NCBI GenBank assembly: GCA_041641295.1
Contig: JBEPYO010000001.1
Span: 640,001 to 704,000, forward strand
Source: Nitrososphaerota archaeon
GTDB taxonomy: Archaea > Thermoproteota > Nitrososphaeria_A > Caldarchaeales > Calditenuaceae
Length of the DNA: 64,000 bases
Direction: 5' to 3'
Position 1 is the first letter of the stretch; each line of letters opens with the position of its first letter. The notes beneath the pieces are model-generated. The model saw nothing but the letters and a program-made list of their open reading frames with translations. It was not told the DNA's origin and did not search any database. Shown here piece after piece: positions 1-9,961 of the stretch. The position numbers were made by a program, and so were the translations under genes.

Positions 1-797
1 AGGGCTGCTGCTGCGACTATAAACATCCTCGCCCTATTCAGGTTCATCCCCATACTCCTCGCATAATCCTCACCCAAGAGAAGGGCGTTCAGAGGCTTGC
101 AGAGAAATATCGTCGCAAATAGGAAGACAAGAAGGAGGGGTAGGCCTGGGCTTAAGATGCTCCACCTAGCGCCTGAGAAGCTCCCCATGATCCAGTATGT
201 GAAGGCCCTGAGTCTCTCGATGTCGGCGAAGATCTGGAGGATGCTGGTTATGGCGTATGCGAGATATGAGAACATTATGCCCGCAATAAGTATTGTCGTG
301 GTGGTGCGCACGACTCCGGAGAGGGCGACCATGACTATTACCACTGTGAGGGCTCCTATGAAGGCGGCGGTGTAGAGGGAGTATGGACTTGTTGGCGTCC
401 AGAGGCCGAGTGTCGCTCCCGTGAAGATTGAGATGGCGAGAAAGAGGCTTGAGCCTGCCGAGACACCCAGTATGTAGGGGTCGGCCAGCGGATTTCTGAA
501 AAGGGCCTGAAGTATGGCCCCGGCTACTCCTAGGGAAGCTCCACCAAGCATCGCAGCCAGAGTCCTAGGAAGCCTGATGGATTGGACTATGAGCGACTCC
601 TCGGCTCCGCCACCACCAGCCAAAGCCATCAACGCATCCCACGGATGGATTGCGTAGCCGCCGAGAACTATCGAGGCGATAAATAGTGGTGCGAGGGGGA
701 GGCAGAGGAGAAGCAGCACCCGCCCTCTCCGCTTGGGCTTAAACTCGGCCGCGACACCCAACTCTGTCAAAACCTTCCGGCTCAATAGTCTCACCAC
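1..797 (-). CDS. FecCD/BtuC-family iron-siderophore or cobalamin ABC permease (3' end runs off the window)
   Basis: Not in the ORF track. Manual minus-strand translation from GTG at 797 gives ...RLPRTLAAMLGGASLGVAGAILQALFRNPLADPYILGVSAGSS..., the FecCD signature. Lies directly downstream of the binding-protein gene. Confidence 0.9.
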   Translation of the reverse strand, partial: MVRLLSRKVLTELGVAAEFKPKRRGRVLLLLCLPLAPLFIASIVLGGYAIHPWDALMALAGGGGAEESLIVQSIRLPRTLAAMLGGASLGVAGAILQALFRNPLADPYILGVSAGSSLFLAISIFTGATLGLWTPTSPYSLYTAAFIGALTVVIVMVALSGVVRTTTTILIAGIMFSYLAYAITSILQIFADIERLRAFTYWIMGSFSGARWSILSPGLPLLLVFLFATIFLCKPLNALLLGEDYARSMGMNLNRARMFIVAAAA

Positions 798-799
798 CC

Positions 800-2062
800 T
801 CAGCCTCCCAGCCTCACGAAGTACCTCGCCTCACCACCCGGGTATAGGTTTGGGTAGAGTATGATTGCCAGGCTCCTAACCCAGCCCTCGGTGTCGTAGT
901 ATCCCAGCTGGTATACAGTGGGAGAGTAGGCGTATACTCGCCCCTCCCTGAATGCCTTGATCTCCTTTAATTCGGGCGCCTCGGACAGGATGTCTGAGAG
1001 AGAGGAGACGAAACTGGTCGGATAGACTACGACATCCGCGTCCCTACACCTTGACAGCACCTCTTCGATGTTGACCGTGACGCTGCCAGTCGACCTAATA
1101 TCGGAGAAGGCATACCTAGCACCAAGCATCCTCAGAGCATTGGCTGGGAAGGACTCTCCACCTGCAACATACACGGTCCCCCTGTAGACCATGAGCCAGC
1201 ACACGAGCGGGGCACCGAGCCCAGACCTCTGAATATCGTTGACGACGCCACCAACCTCCCTCTCAGCCTCCGCGAATACTTTGTATGCCTCCTCGTCTAA
1301 GTCGAAGAATGTTGCTATCAGTTTGATCCATTCGAAGCGGCCTAGAGGGCTAGTCTCTAGGTATTCGTTGTCTACCACGTATGGTATTTTGAGCTCGTCC
1401 AGCCGCTGGGGCAGGTCTGAGCCGGGGAAGGTGTAGATGATGACTAGGTCGGGCTTGAGGGCTATGAGCTCCTCGAAGTTGGGAGAGTAGTCTGGCCCAA
1501 CATCCTTTATCACGCCCCTCGAGAGCCGCTCCGCCACCTCCTCAAAATACCATTCATACTGCCCACCCCACATGATGCCCACAACCTTGTCAAGTATCCA
1601 CGGCGCAAACTCTCTGAGCCGCTCAACCAGTGCCACATGCGTGGCAGACATGAGGACAACCCTCTCTACAGGAGTGTAGACGACCACACCGCTTATGTCC
1701 GCGGGCGGCTCGCGGCCACGGGGCACCAGTATTAGCGTCCTATTCAGAGCGTCCCGGACAACCTTATACCCCTCAAACAGCTTTATCTCAAAAAGCTTAG
1801 AGTACTTGACCTCTAGCTCGAGTGGGAGGCGCGGTAGTTGACGAGTCGTTTCAGTCAGCCTGAGAGTAGTTGTTGCGGTCCACGTGGTCGTCCTTTCTAT
1901 GGGGACTGTGGTGGTGTAGGCCTCTGTTCTGGTCTGAGTGATGGTGAGAGTGCTGGTGCGTGGGGGAATTATCGGTGTGGAGGCGGCGACCACTAGACCT
2001 GCTATGAACCCTATGACGAGCAAGGCTGTGATTATCGGTATGGTTCTTCGCTCCAGAGACAT
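800..2062 (-). CDS. ABC transporter substrate-binding protein (BtuF/Fe-siderophore class), membrane-anchored with Thr-rich linker
   Basis: N-terminal TM helix, Thr-rich stalk, PVERVVLMS, NFEELIALKPDLVI and ETSPLGRFEWIK; adjacent to a FecCD permease. Confidence 0.85.
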   Translation of the reverse strand: MSLERRTIPIITALLVIGFIAGLVVAASTPIIPPRTSTLTITQTRTEAYTTTVPIERTTTWTATTTLRLTETTRQLPRLPLELEVKYSKLFEIKLFEGYKVVRDALNRTLILVPRGREPPADISGVVVYTPVERVVLMSATHVALVERLREFAPWILDKVVGIMWGGQYEWYFEEVAERLSRGVIKDVGPDYSPNFEELIALKPDLVIIYTFPGSDLPQRLDELKIPYVVDNEYLETSPLGRFEWIKLIATFFDLDEEAYKVFAEAEREVGGVVNDIQRSGLGAPLVCWLMVYRGTVYVAGGESFPANALRMLGARYAFSDIRSTGSVTVNIEEVLSRCRDADVVVYPTSFVSSLSDILSEAPELKEIKAFREGRVYAYSPTVYQLGYYDTEGWVRSLAIILYPNLYPGGEARYFVRLGG

Positions 2063-2112
2063 TGGATGGATATTCCATCCAACGGTATTTAAATCTACCC
2101 TCTCAAATACCC

Positions 2113-2325
2113 CTACGACCCACTCCCAAGCCGCTCCCTAAGCCGGCCAATCTCCCTACGAACCCTATCAAGCCTAGCCTCCAATCGTGAAACCCTGTCA
2201 CCCTCCGAGAACTCGCCAAGAATCCTCTCAGCATACATGAGATCCTCCGGGGTAACGGCTATACGCCTCGGGGGGCGACCAGTCCTAAGCAGTCGTAAAA
2301 GCCATCTCAGCACCATCGAGACCAC
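2113..2325 (-). CDS. small hypothetical protein with C-terminal coiled coil
   Basis: 70-aa ORF filling an intergenic gap, with heptad-like RLEARLDRVRREIGRLRERL. Start could be the second Met. Confidence 0.45.
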   Translation of the reverse strand: MVSMVLRWLLRLLRTGRPPRRIAVTPEDLMYAERILGEFSEGDRVSRLEARLDRVRREIGRLRERLGSGS

Positions 2326-2451
2326 GCCTCTGATGCAGGTTATGATGGTTCTCCAGCCCTATTAAAACTGGGCTTGAAGCCTAGGGACCCGGCTATCCTT
2401 AGGGAATACCTAGAGTCTGATGGTCTAAGCCTTAGGTAACACACTTATGGG

Positions 2452-3168
2452 ATGGCTAGGCAGCGGGCTTGTGGGAGGATGTTGGAGGGTAGTAGGGATC
2501 TCGAGGCTGTTGTCAGGGTGGCTGTTGAGAGGGTTACTGGCCTTGGCCGTGGAGTCGTCCTAGGGCTTGGAAGCGGGAGGACAGCGGCAGCCTTCATCAA
2601 GTCGCTGGCCGCATCTGGAGGGGCTCGGACAGTTGAGGCCGTGATTCCGACCTCACTTCAGGCGGAGGCGGCGGCATCGGAGAACGGCTTCAGGATTGGA
2701 AGCCTCTACAACTACGAGGACCTAGACATCTACGTCGACAGTTTCGACCAATGCAGTCTCGCAGGCGACCTAGTTAAGGGGATGGGTGGAGCCTTGGCCA
2801 GGGAGAAGCTGCTGATGAGGCTGGCTAGGTTCGTCCTCTTGATAGGGACTGAGGAGAAGCTGGCCGAGAAGCTTTCTGCACCGATACCGCTTGAGACCAT
2901 ACCATACGCTGCACCCACACTGCCGAGGCTGCTGCGAGGTAAGGGGTGGAGTGTGAGGGCCAAGATCTCCGAAGGAAAGGCCGGCCCGGTCGTGACTGAT
3001 AATGGAAACGTCTTAATGCTTGTTGAGGTTGGCGTGGTGGATGACCCGCCCCTCCTTGAGAGGGAGTTGAAGATGATTCCCGGAGTTGTAGAGGTTGGTG
3101 TCTTCCCAAACAGGGGGTATAAGGTCATTATAGGGATGAGAGACGGCACAATTAGGGAAATAACATAG
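2452..3168 (+). CDS. rpiA: ribose-5-phosphate isomerase A
   Basis: GLGSGRTA, D-x-x-D (DSFDQ), KGMGGALAREK, GPVVTDNGN, IPGVVEVGVF. Start may be the second Met. Confidence 0.9.
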   Translation: MARQRACGRMLEGSRDLEAVVRVAVERVTGLGRGVVLGLGSGRTAAAFIKSLAASGGARTVEAVIPTSLQAEAAASENGFRIGSLYNYEDLDIYVDSFDQCSLAGDLVKGMGGALAREKLLMRLARFVLLIGTEEKLAEKLSAPIPLETIPYAAPTLPRLLRGKGWSVRAKISEGKAGPVVTDNGNVLMLVEVGVVDDPPLLERELKMIPGVVEVGVFPNRGYKVIIGMRDGTIREIT

Positions 3169-3316
3169 GAGGACCTGCCCGCCGCAGCCAGCCACTCCCA
3201 ACAACCCCCTACCCGGCACCCCCAGAGACTGTTAAAACGGTCAGAAACAGTCATGAACCACGATACGCAGGATTCTAATTTAGGAAGGCTTTTACCCCCC
3301 ACAGCAGTCGTTCACA

Positions 3317-4165
3317 GTGATGATCAGCCACAAGATCCAGCTTCCCGCCACACTCCTCACCCTCATGCTCCTAATCGCCACGGGGGTGTTTTCCCATGTG
3401 GCAGCCGCACAGGAGGAGCAGGAGGAGACGGAAGATCTGCCGCTCGGACTCCAGCTAACCGAGACACTACACACGATAATAGAGGAGCACAAGCAGGCAA
3501 TTCAGAACGTGATACTGGAGTTCAAGCTGGAGCATGAGGAGTTGATAGAGAATAAGACAGAGCTGATCAGGAGCTTTATCGAGGCGAGGTTTAACAGGAC
3601 CTTAGAGATAAAGGAGGCCATACGGGAGCTTAACATGCTATACGCGGCGGGGAACATTACGCGGGAGGAATACTTGGCGAGGCTCAGCATGTTGAGGAGC
3701 GAGTTAAAGGCATTGGCAAAGTCATCGGAGAAGCTCGGCAAACTCCTCCACGAATTTGCGTCGGAGATGAAGGAGATTGTTAAGGAGAAGGTCGAGAGGC
3801 TGAGGGAGATTAACAGGGAGTTTGGGAAGAGGGTCTCGGAGGAGGCGAGAGAGATAGGGAAACGAATGAGAGATGAGCTGAGAAGAGGAGAGGAGTCAAA
3901 CACAACAACTACCACAACAACCCCCCAACCCCCGAGTAGTGAGAATAGAGGGCGGGGTAGGGGCGGCCCCCACTCCTCTAATACAACAGCCACACAGACA
4001 GAAGAGGTCGAGGGGCAGCATAGAGGTAATGGGCATGAAAACCGGGGAAGAGGCCATGCATCAACTTCGACATACACCACCGCCGTAGACGTTGATGAAG
4101 AGGAGGGTAGGGGTAGAGGAGAGGGGCGGGGACGATCCTCCAGCGAGAGGATGGGAGGAAGATAG
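3317..4165 (+). CDS. secreted alpha-helical/coiled-coil protein with low-complexity T/E/RG tail
   Basis: Signal peptide (hydrophobic core then VAAAQ), charged helical core including GNITREEYLARL, then poly-Thr and RGRG repeats. Confidence 0.75.
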   Translation: MMISHKIQLPATLLTLMLLIATGVFSHVAAAQEEQEETEDLPLGLQLTETLHTIIEEHKQAIQNVILEFKLEHEELIENKTELIRSFIEARFNRTLEIKEAIRELNMLYAAGNITREEYLARLSMLRSELKALAKSSEKLGKLLHEFASEMKEIVKEKVERLREINREFGKRVSEEAREIGKRMRDELRRGEESNTTTTTTTPQPPSSENRGRGRGGPHSSNTTATQTEEVEGQHRGNGHENRGRGHASTSTYTTAVDVDEEEGRGRGEGRGRSSSERMGGR

Positions 4166-4253
4166 TCGGAATACAGAAACGCGGCGGCACGAAACAATTA
4201 TGTGATGCCGATAGGATGGATAGTCATCGCCAGCCAAACTGCAGGGGATAGGA

Positions 4254-5123
4254 ATGCTGTGGATTATTGCGCTTGCAATGGCCTTAGCGCTGCCCTCCTA
4301 CACCGTGTATCACATAACCATTCTCCCCGACGGCTCCGCCGTCTGGGTTATCGAGCACAGATTCCCCCTCTCTACGGCTGATGAGATTGAGATATTCAAG
4401 AATATGGTGTCCCACCCCGAGAACCTCACCGCCGACTACGAATCGAGAATCGAAGCCATAGTCGCTGACACCTCTCGGGTTCTTGGACGTGGCATGTCAA
4501 TTGAAGGCTTCAGGGTGGGAGTGGATACAGTTGAGACCGTGAGCGGTAGGATGGGGCTTATCAGGATTGAATTTACTTGGCGGGGCTTCGGGAAAACAAC
4601 ACCCACAGGCGCGGTTGAGCTGGGAGACGTCTTCATAGGCGGCTTCTACCTATCCGAGGGCGAGACCCTCAGAGTCAAGATTCCTGCATCATTCGAAGTG
4701 GCTGAGGCCAGACCAGCGCCAGATAGCCGGGGGGCCGACTATGTCGAGTGGCGGGGAAAGATAGTCTTCACAGACGGAGAGCCCCGACTCGTGATAAAGC
4801 CCACCACCGCTCAGCCTCCAGCCCCAACCCTGCTATGGGGCGAGCCTACCTTACTCTATGTGGCAGGCGGGGCAGCAGCCTCGATCCCAGTACTATATGC
4901 GGCCTATAGGTTGAGGGGTAGGAGGAGGCCGAGGGAGAGCGAGCTGGACATGGTGATCAGAATCATTAAGAAGCATGGTGGCGTGGTTTACCAGTCCCAG
5001 ATTGTGCGGGAGAGCGGCCTGTCAAAATCCACTGTCAGCACAATTCTCAAGATGTTGGAGTCTGAGGGCAGGGTTACGCGGGTGAGGGAGGGCAGGGAAA
5101 ACATAGTCAGGCTTATGCGGTAA
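4254..5123 (+). CDS. membrane-anchored HTH transcriptional regulator with extracellular domain (COG2512-like)
   Basis: Signal peptide, beta-rich ectodomain, TM helix (LLYVAGGAAASIPVLYAAY), C-terminal winged HTH (GGVVYQSQIVRESGLSKSTVSTILKMLESEGRVTRVREGRENIV). Confidence 0.8.
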   Translation: MLWIIALAMALALPSYTVYHITILPDGSAVWVIEHRFPLSTADEIEIFKNMVSHPENLTADYESRIEAIVADTSRVLGRGMSIEGFRVGVDTVETVSGRMGLIRIEFTWRGFGKTTPTGAVELGDVFIGGFYLSEGETLRVKIPASFEVAEARPAPDSRGADYVEWRGKIVFTDGEPRLVIKPTTAQPPAPTLLWGEPTLLYVAGGAAASIPVLYAAYRLRGRRRPRESELDMVIRIIKKHGGVVYQSQIVRESGLSKSTVSTILKMLESEGRVTRVREGRENIVRLMR

Positions 5124-5189
5124 GAGAGAAGATGCTTCGGCGCTAGCATTTATTCTAGAACTCCCTGCTCTGATGAGAGTGATTGAGGT

Positions 5190-6629
5190 ATGGCTTTCCG
5201 ACTCGGCAGGCTTAGGGGCGAGATGCCGCGGGATGTCGCCGAGTACACATCGTCTCTCAAATTTGACCGAGAGATTTACGGCGAAGTTATTGTGATAAAT
5301 GCCGTTCATCTCAAGTTGCTGGCGAGGCTCGGCCACCTCAGCGGCGACGCACTGACAAGGGGGCTCGCAGCCCTCAGGGAGGCTTATGACAACCCGTTGG
5401 AGATGGAGGATCCGAGCCTCGAAGATGTCCACATGGTTGTCGAGGACTATCTCGTCAAGACTGTACCTGAGGCCGGCGAGAACCTCGCCCTCGGCAAGAG
5501 CAGGAATGACTCGGTTGCAACAGCCATTAGGATGAGGGCTAAGTCTTGGGCTTTGACTTTGATGGAGTCGTCGCTAGGGCTTGTTGAGGCCCTTCTGGTG
5601 AGGGCGTATGGCGAGGCAGAGACAGTCTACCCGGCAACAACTCACCAGCAGACGGCAGCACCCGCAACCTTCGGCTTCACACTCACACACTATGCCTCTA
5701 GGCTATTATCAGCCCTCGGAAGCCTAGCTAAGGCCTACGAGGAGCTGGACCAATGCCCCCAAGGCGCGGCAGCCTGCTGCGGCTCCACCCTACCAATAGA
5801 CAGAAGGTGGCTTGCGGAGCAGCTAGGCTTTAAGCGGGTTCTGGAGCACGCACTCGACGCGTCCTCTAGCCGCGACTTCGCCGTCGACATTCTCTCGGCA
5901 GTGCTGAAGCTCCTCGTAGTTGTATCAGATATGGCCGAGTGGCTGATACACGACTTCACGCTGGGGTTGCTGGACATGGGAGACGAGTTTTGCTCGACCA
6001 GTAGCATAATGCCCCAGAAGAGGAATCCAGTTGTCCTCGAGGTTGCGCGAACTAAGGTGTCTGAGGCGCTGGGTGAGGTTGTCAGGGTCTCTTCAATGAT
6101 TCAGAGGAGGGTGGGGGGCTATGTCCTCGACCTGCAGCAGGTTACTCCCTCAATCTGGAGGCTGCTCGGGGAGGCGGAGAGCACCATGAGGGTGCTGTCC
6201 AAGCTTGTGGGGACGCTGAGTGTCGACGCGGAGGCCGCTCTTAAGAGGTGTGGGATGGAGGCGGGGATGGTGGAGCTCGCAAACTACTTGACCTTGAAGT
6301 ATGGCGTCGGCTTTAGGCGGGCCCACAGGGTCTGTGGCAGGATTGCGCGGATGCTCGCAGAGGGAAGCCTCACAGAGGAGGCTCTATGGCGAGTGTTTGA
6401 AGAAGAGGGGATACCTGCTAAGCTCACCCTAGAGGAGGTTTCCAAGATCCTTGACCCGCGCACGATTGTATCCAACTACGCCACCCTCGGGTCTGCTAAC
6501 CCCAGCGAGGTTAGGAGGATGGTTGAGGAGATGGGGCGTAGAGTGGAAGAACTTAGGACATGGGTCTCGGAGAAAAGGAGAGTGCTCGAGGCTGTGGTGG
6601 AGAAGACCTTTAACGCTCAGGCCCTTTAG
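5190..6629 (+). CDS. argH: argininosuccinate lyase
   Basis: EDVH, GKSRND and fumarase-superfamily signature STSSIMPQKRNP; adjacent to the LysW Arg/Lys cluster. Confidence 0.92.
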   Translation: MAFRLGRLRGEMPRDVAEYTSSLKFDREIYGEVIVINAVHLKLLARLGHLSGDALTRGLAALREAYDNPLEMEDPSLEDVHMVVEDYLVKTVPEAGENLALGKSRNDSVATAIRMRAKSWALTLMESSLGLVEALLVRAYGEAETVYPATTHQQTAAPATFGFTLTHYASRLLSALGSLAKAYEELDQCPQGAAACCGSTLPIDRRWLAEQLGFKRVLEHALDASSSRDFAVDILSAVLKLLVVVSDMAEWLIHDFTLGLLDMGDEFCSTSSIMPQKRNPVVLEVARTKVSEALGEVVRVSSMIQRRVGGYVLDLQQVTPSIWRLLGEAESTMRVLSKLVGTLSVDAEAALKRCGMEAGMVELANYLTLKYGVGFRRAHRVCGRIARMLAEGSLTEEALWRVFEEEGIPAKLTLEEVSKILDPRTIVSNYATLGSANPSEVRRMVEEMGRRVEELRTWVSEKRRVLEAVVEKTFNAQAL

Positions 6630-7677
6630 AGGTTGTACCGAGGAACTCTTCCACGGCCCCAGCTATTACTTTGGCGGCGAATTCAAGCTCCGATATGCTT
6701 ACCGCCTCCTCAGACGTGTGTGCTAGGAGGGAGTTTCCGGGACCGTAGGCAGCTATGTTTCGCGTAAGCCTGTATAGTATGTTCATGTCGCTTGCACCCG
6801 TCTTCTTCAGTATTCGCGGCTTTCCACCCTGCCTTAGGATTGAGCGGGTGAGCGCCCTGACGATTGGTGAGGAGAGCCGGGTCTCGACTGGCTCCGTCAG
6901 GTCCAGCACCTCCATCCTGCAGCGGTGAAGAGTGACGGCAGCCTCAACTCTCTCCAGTATCGCGGAGGCCTCGACGCCAGGCGGGTATCGGACGTTTACT
7001 ACTGCCTCAGCGGCCTCGGGGAGCTTGGTAGGCCAATCACCTGCGCGTATCATTGTTACGGCGGATGTGGGGTTTTCGTAGCTTTTCCCCGCGAAGCTCA
7101 TTCTGATGTCTTGTATCGCGTCGAGTAGCTTGTCCAGTGCCGATTCGCCCATGTATGGGGCTGAGCTGTGGCCGCCCCTTGCGGTGGCATAGATTTTTAC
7201 GGTTAGGCTGCCCCTGTAGCTCACCGCTATTCCGTTGCCGCCTGTAGGCTCTCCTATGATGACGCCATCCGGTCTCAACCCTCTGCCCAGCATCTCCTGC
7301 GCCCCTCTACCCTCACCCTCCTCATCAACCAGCCCCGCAACAATCACCGTCGCGGCGTCGGGGTCAATCCTAGCTTTGGACGCGCCCACGAGCATGGCCG
7401 CAAGCGGGCCCTTAGCATCCACAGCACCCCTGCCATAGACCTCCGAGCCCCTCAGACCATACTCCAACTCCCCTGGAACCGTGTCTACGTGGCCAGCCAG
7501 CAATAGCAACCTCGGACCACTCCCCCTCCTAAAAATATAGTTCCCTGCATTGTCTATCTCGAGCGAGTCATAGCCAAGCCTGCGGGCCAGTACATCCATG
7601 GTCTCGGCGAGCCTCCGCTCCATACCGGTCGGAGTGTATTTGCTGAGAAGTTCTAGGAGTACCTCTTCAACCCTCAA
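6610..7677 (-). CDS. lysK: [LysW]-lysine/[LysW]-ornithine hydrolase (M20 family)
   Basis: GHVDTVPG, GRGAVDAKG, DEEG, GEP, YGPGNSLLAHT; in the lysW operon. Confidence 0.9.
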   Translation of the reverse strand: MRVEEVLLELLSKYTPTGMERRLAETMDVLARRLGYDSLEIDNAGNYIFRRGSGPRLLLLAGHVDTVPGELEYGLRGSEVYGRGAVDAKGPLAAMLVGASKARIDPDAATVIVAGLVDEEGEGRGAQEMLGRGLRPDGVIIGEPTGGNGIAVSYRGSLTVKIYATARGGHSSAPYMGESALDKLLDAIQDIRMSFAGKSYENPTSAVTMIRAGDWPTKLPEAAEAVVNVRYPPGVEASAILERVEAAVTLHRCRMEVLDLTEPVETRLSSPIVRALTRSILRQGGKPRILKKTGASDMNILYRLTRNIAAYGPGNSLLAHTSEEAVSISELEFAAKVIAGAVEEFLGTTSKGPER

Positions 7678-8840
7678 CCAGCGCCACCCCTAGCAGACTG
7701 CTGAAGGACCTTTTCCAAGGCAGAGATAGCCACACTAACATCTTCTTCGTTTATCAGGTATGGAGGTAGGAATCTCACAACAATGAGCCCGGCCCTGAGA
7801 GCTAGGACACCCTCCTCCTGGAGACCGGTGATCACGGAGGAGGCCTTCACCTTGAGCTCGACCCCAATCATCAACCCCTTACACCTAACCTCCCTCACAA
7901 CGCCTGAAAACTCAGAGGCCACTTCTCCCAGACGTGAGGCGATAATCCCTCCCATCCTGACAGCCGCCTCCGGAACATTCTCACGCTCAAGCGCCTCGAC
8001 GCCACCGACGACCGCAGCCAACGCTAATGGATTTCCCCCATGCGTCGAGCCATGCTCACCCTCCTCCACCCTCGCCGCCACCTCTTCCGAGACCGCAACA
8101 ACGCTGACTGGAAACCCACCGCCAATCGACTTCCCAGCCACCAAGATGTCGGGCCTGACGCCGTGCTCCGTGTGGCTCCACACGCGACCAGTCCTGCCGA
8201 ATCCTGCCTGAACCTCGTCAACTATGAGGTAGGCGCCCACCTCCCGACACCTCTCCTCCAAAGCCCTCATGAACTCGCGCGTGGCTATGTGTATCCCACC
8301 CTCGCCTTGGACAGGCTCAACTATCACGGCCGAAACCCTCTCATCAATGGCCCTGAGGGCGTCGACGTTGTTGAAGGGTAGGAAGAGTGTCTCGCCTGGG
8401 AATGGGTCGTAGCCCTGCCTGTATCTCGGGTTGTGCGTTACGCTGAGGGCGGCCATCGTCCTGCCATGGAAGGCTCCGGTAAAGGAGACGTAGACCTTCC
8501 TGCCACTCCGCTTCCTCGCAAGCTTTAAGGCGAGCTCCACCGCTTCGCTGCCACTGTTCATGAAGAATAAGTGTCCGAGATGGCTTGGCAGTATCCTACC
8601 CATACTCTTCAAAGCCTCCTCAAGTATATCAGTATCAAAGATGGGGGGCAGACAGGTTATCGACTCTAGCTGACTTCTAAGCCTGGCGACAACGTATCTG
8701 TTTCTGTGGCCTAGGAACGCGGCTCCATGCCCAGTATGGAGGTCTAGGTATCTCCTCCCCGAAGCATCCCATACATACTGCCCCTCAGCCCTAGAGACCT
8801 TCAGGCCCCTGGGGGCAGAGAATCTCAGGAGGGCCGGCAT
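7674..8840 (-). CDS. lysJ: [LysW]-aminoadipate/glutamate semialdehyde aminotransferase (class III PLP)
   Basis: NSGSEAVE, FHGRT, EPVQGEGG, DEVQAGFGRTG, GKSIGGG, HGSTHGGNP. Confidence 0.92.
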   Translation of the reverse strand: MPALLRFSAPRGLKVSRAEGQYVWDASGRRYLDLHTGHGAAFLGHRNRYVVARLRSQLESITCLPPIFDTDILEEALKSMGRILPSHLGHLFFMNSGSEAVELALKLARKRSGRKVYVSFTGAFHGRTMAALSVTHNPRYRQGYDPFPGETLFLPFNNVDALRAIDERVSAVIVEPVQGEGGIHIATREFMRALEERCREVGAYLIVDEVQAGFGRTGRVWSHTEHGVRPDILVAGKSIGGGFPVSVVAVSEEVAARVEEGEHGSTHGGNPLALAAVVGGVEALERENVPEAAVRMGGIIASRLGEVASEFSGVVREVRCKGLMIGVELKVKASSVITGLQEEGVLALRAGLIVVRFLPPYLINEEDVSVAISALEKVLQQSARGGAG

Positions 8841-8848
8841 AGGGCACT

Positions 8849-9697
8849 CTAGCTCCTCAGCACGCGGATGGTCTCCTCGACAATCTTCCCAGCCAAGTCG
8901 TAGCCGGTCACCTGCACCGTGTTCCTAAACTCGACGACCGCGTTAACCTCGCTGACAAGGGTCTCACCCTCACGAGTCTCTAAGAGGTCTATTCCTAGGA
9001 CCCCTCCACCCATAGCCTCTCCCGCCCGAATAACCAGGTCTACCTGTTCCTCCGTGAGGTTGGCGGGTGCTGCCTTGCCTCCCAGGGCTGTGTTTGTCTT
9101 CCAGCGCTGGCTAATCCTGTAGATGGCTGTGGGGACCTCGCCCCACACGTAGAAGGCCCTGATGTCGCGGCCCGGCTTCTCCACATACTGCTGGATGTAG
9201 TGTATCTTGAAGTGGGGGGAGCTCATAGCTTCTCTGAAGTCCATTATGTCGAGGAGGTCGTCCTCACTCTTGGCTCGCGCTATCATCCGCCCCCAGCTTC
9301 CCATGATTGGCTTGACCACGACAGGGTAGCCGATCTCGCGCGCAGCCATGAGCGCACCCTCCCTGCTGTACGCTATCGCTGTCCTCGGAACCTTCACGCC
9401 TCTACTCACAAGCCTAGCCGTTGTGACGAGCTTGTCCCCACTATCCCTGATCGTCTCGTAAGAGTTTACGACCCTTATCCCCCGCGACTCGAGTATCGCG
9501 GTGGTGGCCAGGGCCCTGTAGTGGCTCACACACCTCTGGAAGACGAAGTCGACGTCATCGCCCTTACTGTCAGCACCTAGGAAGTCTATCTTCTCAGGTA
9601 TGAAGACTAGCCTCAGTCCTAGGCCACGGCTCCTGATAGCCTCTATAAGCATCCTCTCCTCGTGCCGCAGCAGGTCGTAGACTAGGCCAATTATCAC
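8849..9697 (-). CDS. lysX: alpha-aminoadipate--LysW ligase (RimK/ATP-grasp)
   Basis: GSWGR, AIYR, TNTALGG and LysX-type EVNAVVEFRNT; directly downstream of lysW. Confidence 0.85.
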   Translation of the reverse strand: MIIGLVYDLLRHEERMLIEAIRSRGLGLRLVFIPEKIDFLGADSKGDDVDFVFQRCVSHYRALATTAILESRGIRVVNSYETIRDSGDKLVTTARLVSRGVKVPRTAIAYSREGALMAAREIGYPVVVKPIMGSWGRMIARAKSEDDLLDIMDFREAMSSPHFKIHYIQQYVEKPGRDIRAFYVWGEVPTAIYRISQRWKTNTALGGKAAPANLTEEQVDLVIRAGEAMGGGVLGIDLLETREGETLVSEVNAVVEFRNTVQVTGYDLAGKIVEETIRVLRS

Positions 9698-9701
9698 TAC
9701 C

Positions 9702-9884
9702 CTACTCTCCCCAGTCCTCCCCCACTTCCTCGGCCAGCCTCAGAGTCCTAGAACCGTTGCTTGTGACTAGTTCGAGTTGGGCTCCACACTCTTCATGCTC
9801 GAAAAGCTCGCCGTCAAGGGCGTCGTCGGGGATTTTGACGGCGCCGAAGCAGACGGGACACTTGAGTTCCGGCAATAGGCTCAC
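9702..9884 (-). CDS. lysW: amino-group carrier protein LysW
   Basis: Zn-ribbon CPVC...HEEC and the diagnostic C-terminal EDWGE. Confidence 0.97.
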   Translation of the reverse strand: MSLLPELKCPVCFGAVKIPDDALDGELFEHEECGAQLELVTSNGSRTLRLAEEVGEDWGE

Positions 9885-9936
9885 CTATTCCGTACCTAAG
9901 ACACCTGAATTCTTATTGATAAACGTATCTCGACTG

Positions 9937-9961
9937 CCGTAACTCGTATTTCCGGTTACGG
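9937..9961. promoter_or_regulatory. inverted repeat CCGTAAC-N11-GTTACGG upstream of the lysW TATA-like box; candidate Lrp/LysM-type site
   Basis: Perfect 7-bp arms. Minus-strand TTTATCAA at 9916-9923 lies about 32 nt before the lysW start. Confidence 0.45.

Noticed and set aside
3895-4165. ACA/ACC and GGGGTAGG-type short repeats
   Set aside because: Explained by poly-Thr and Arg-Gly codons; no constant repeat-spacer period, so not CRISPR.
2730-4197. Long antisense ORFs 2730-3302 and 3502-4197
   Set aside because: Mirror frames of rpiA and the secreted protein; Ser/Leu/Pro-rich, with no independent evidence.
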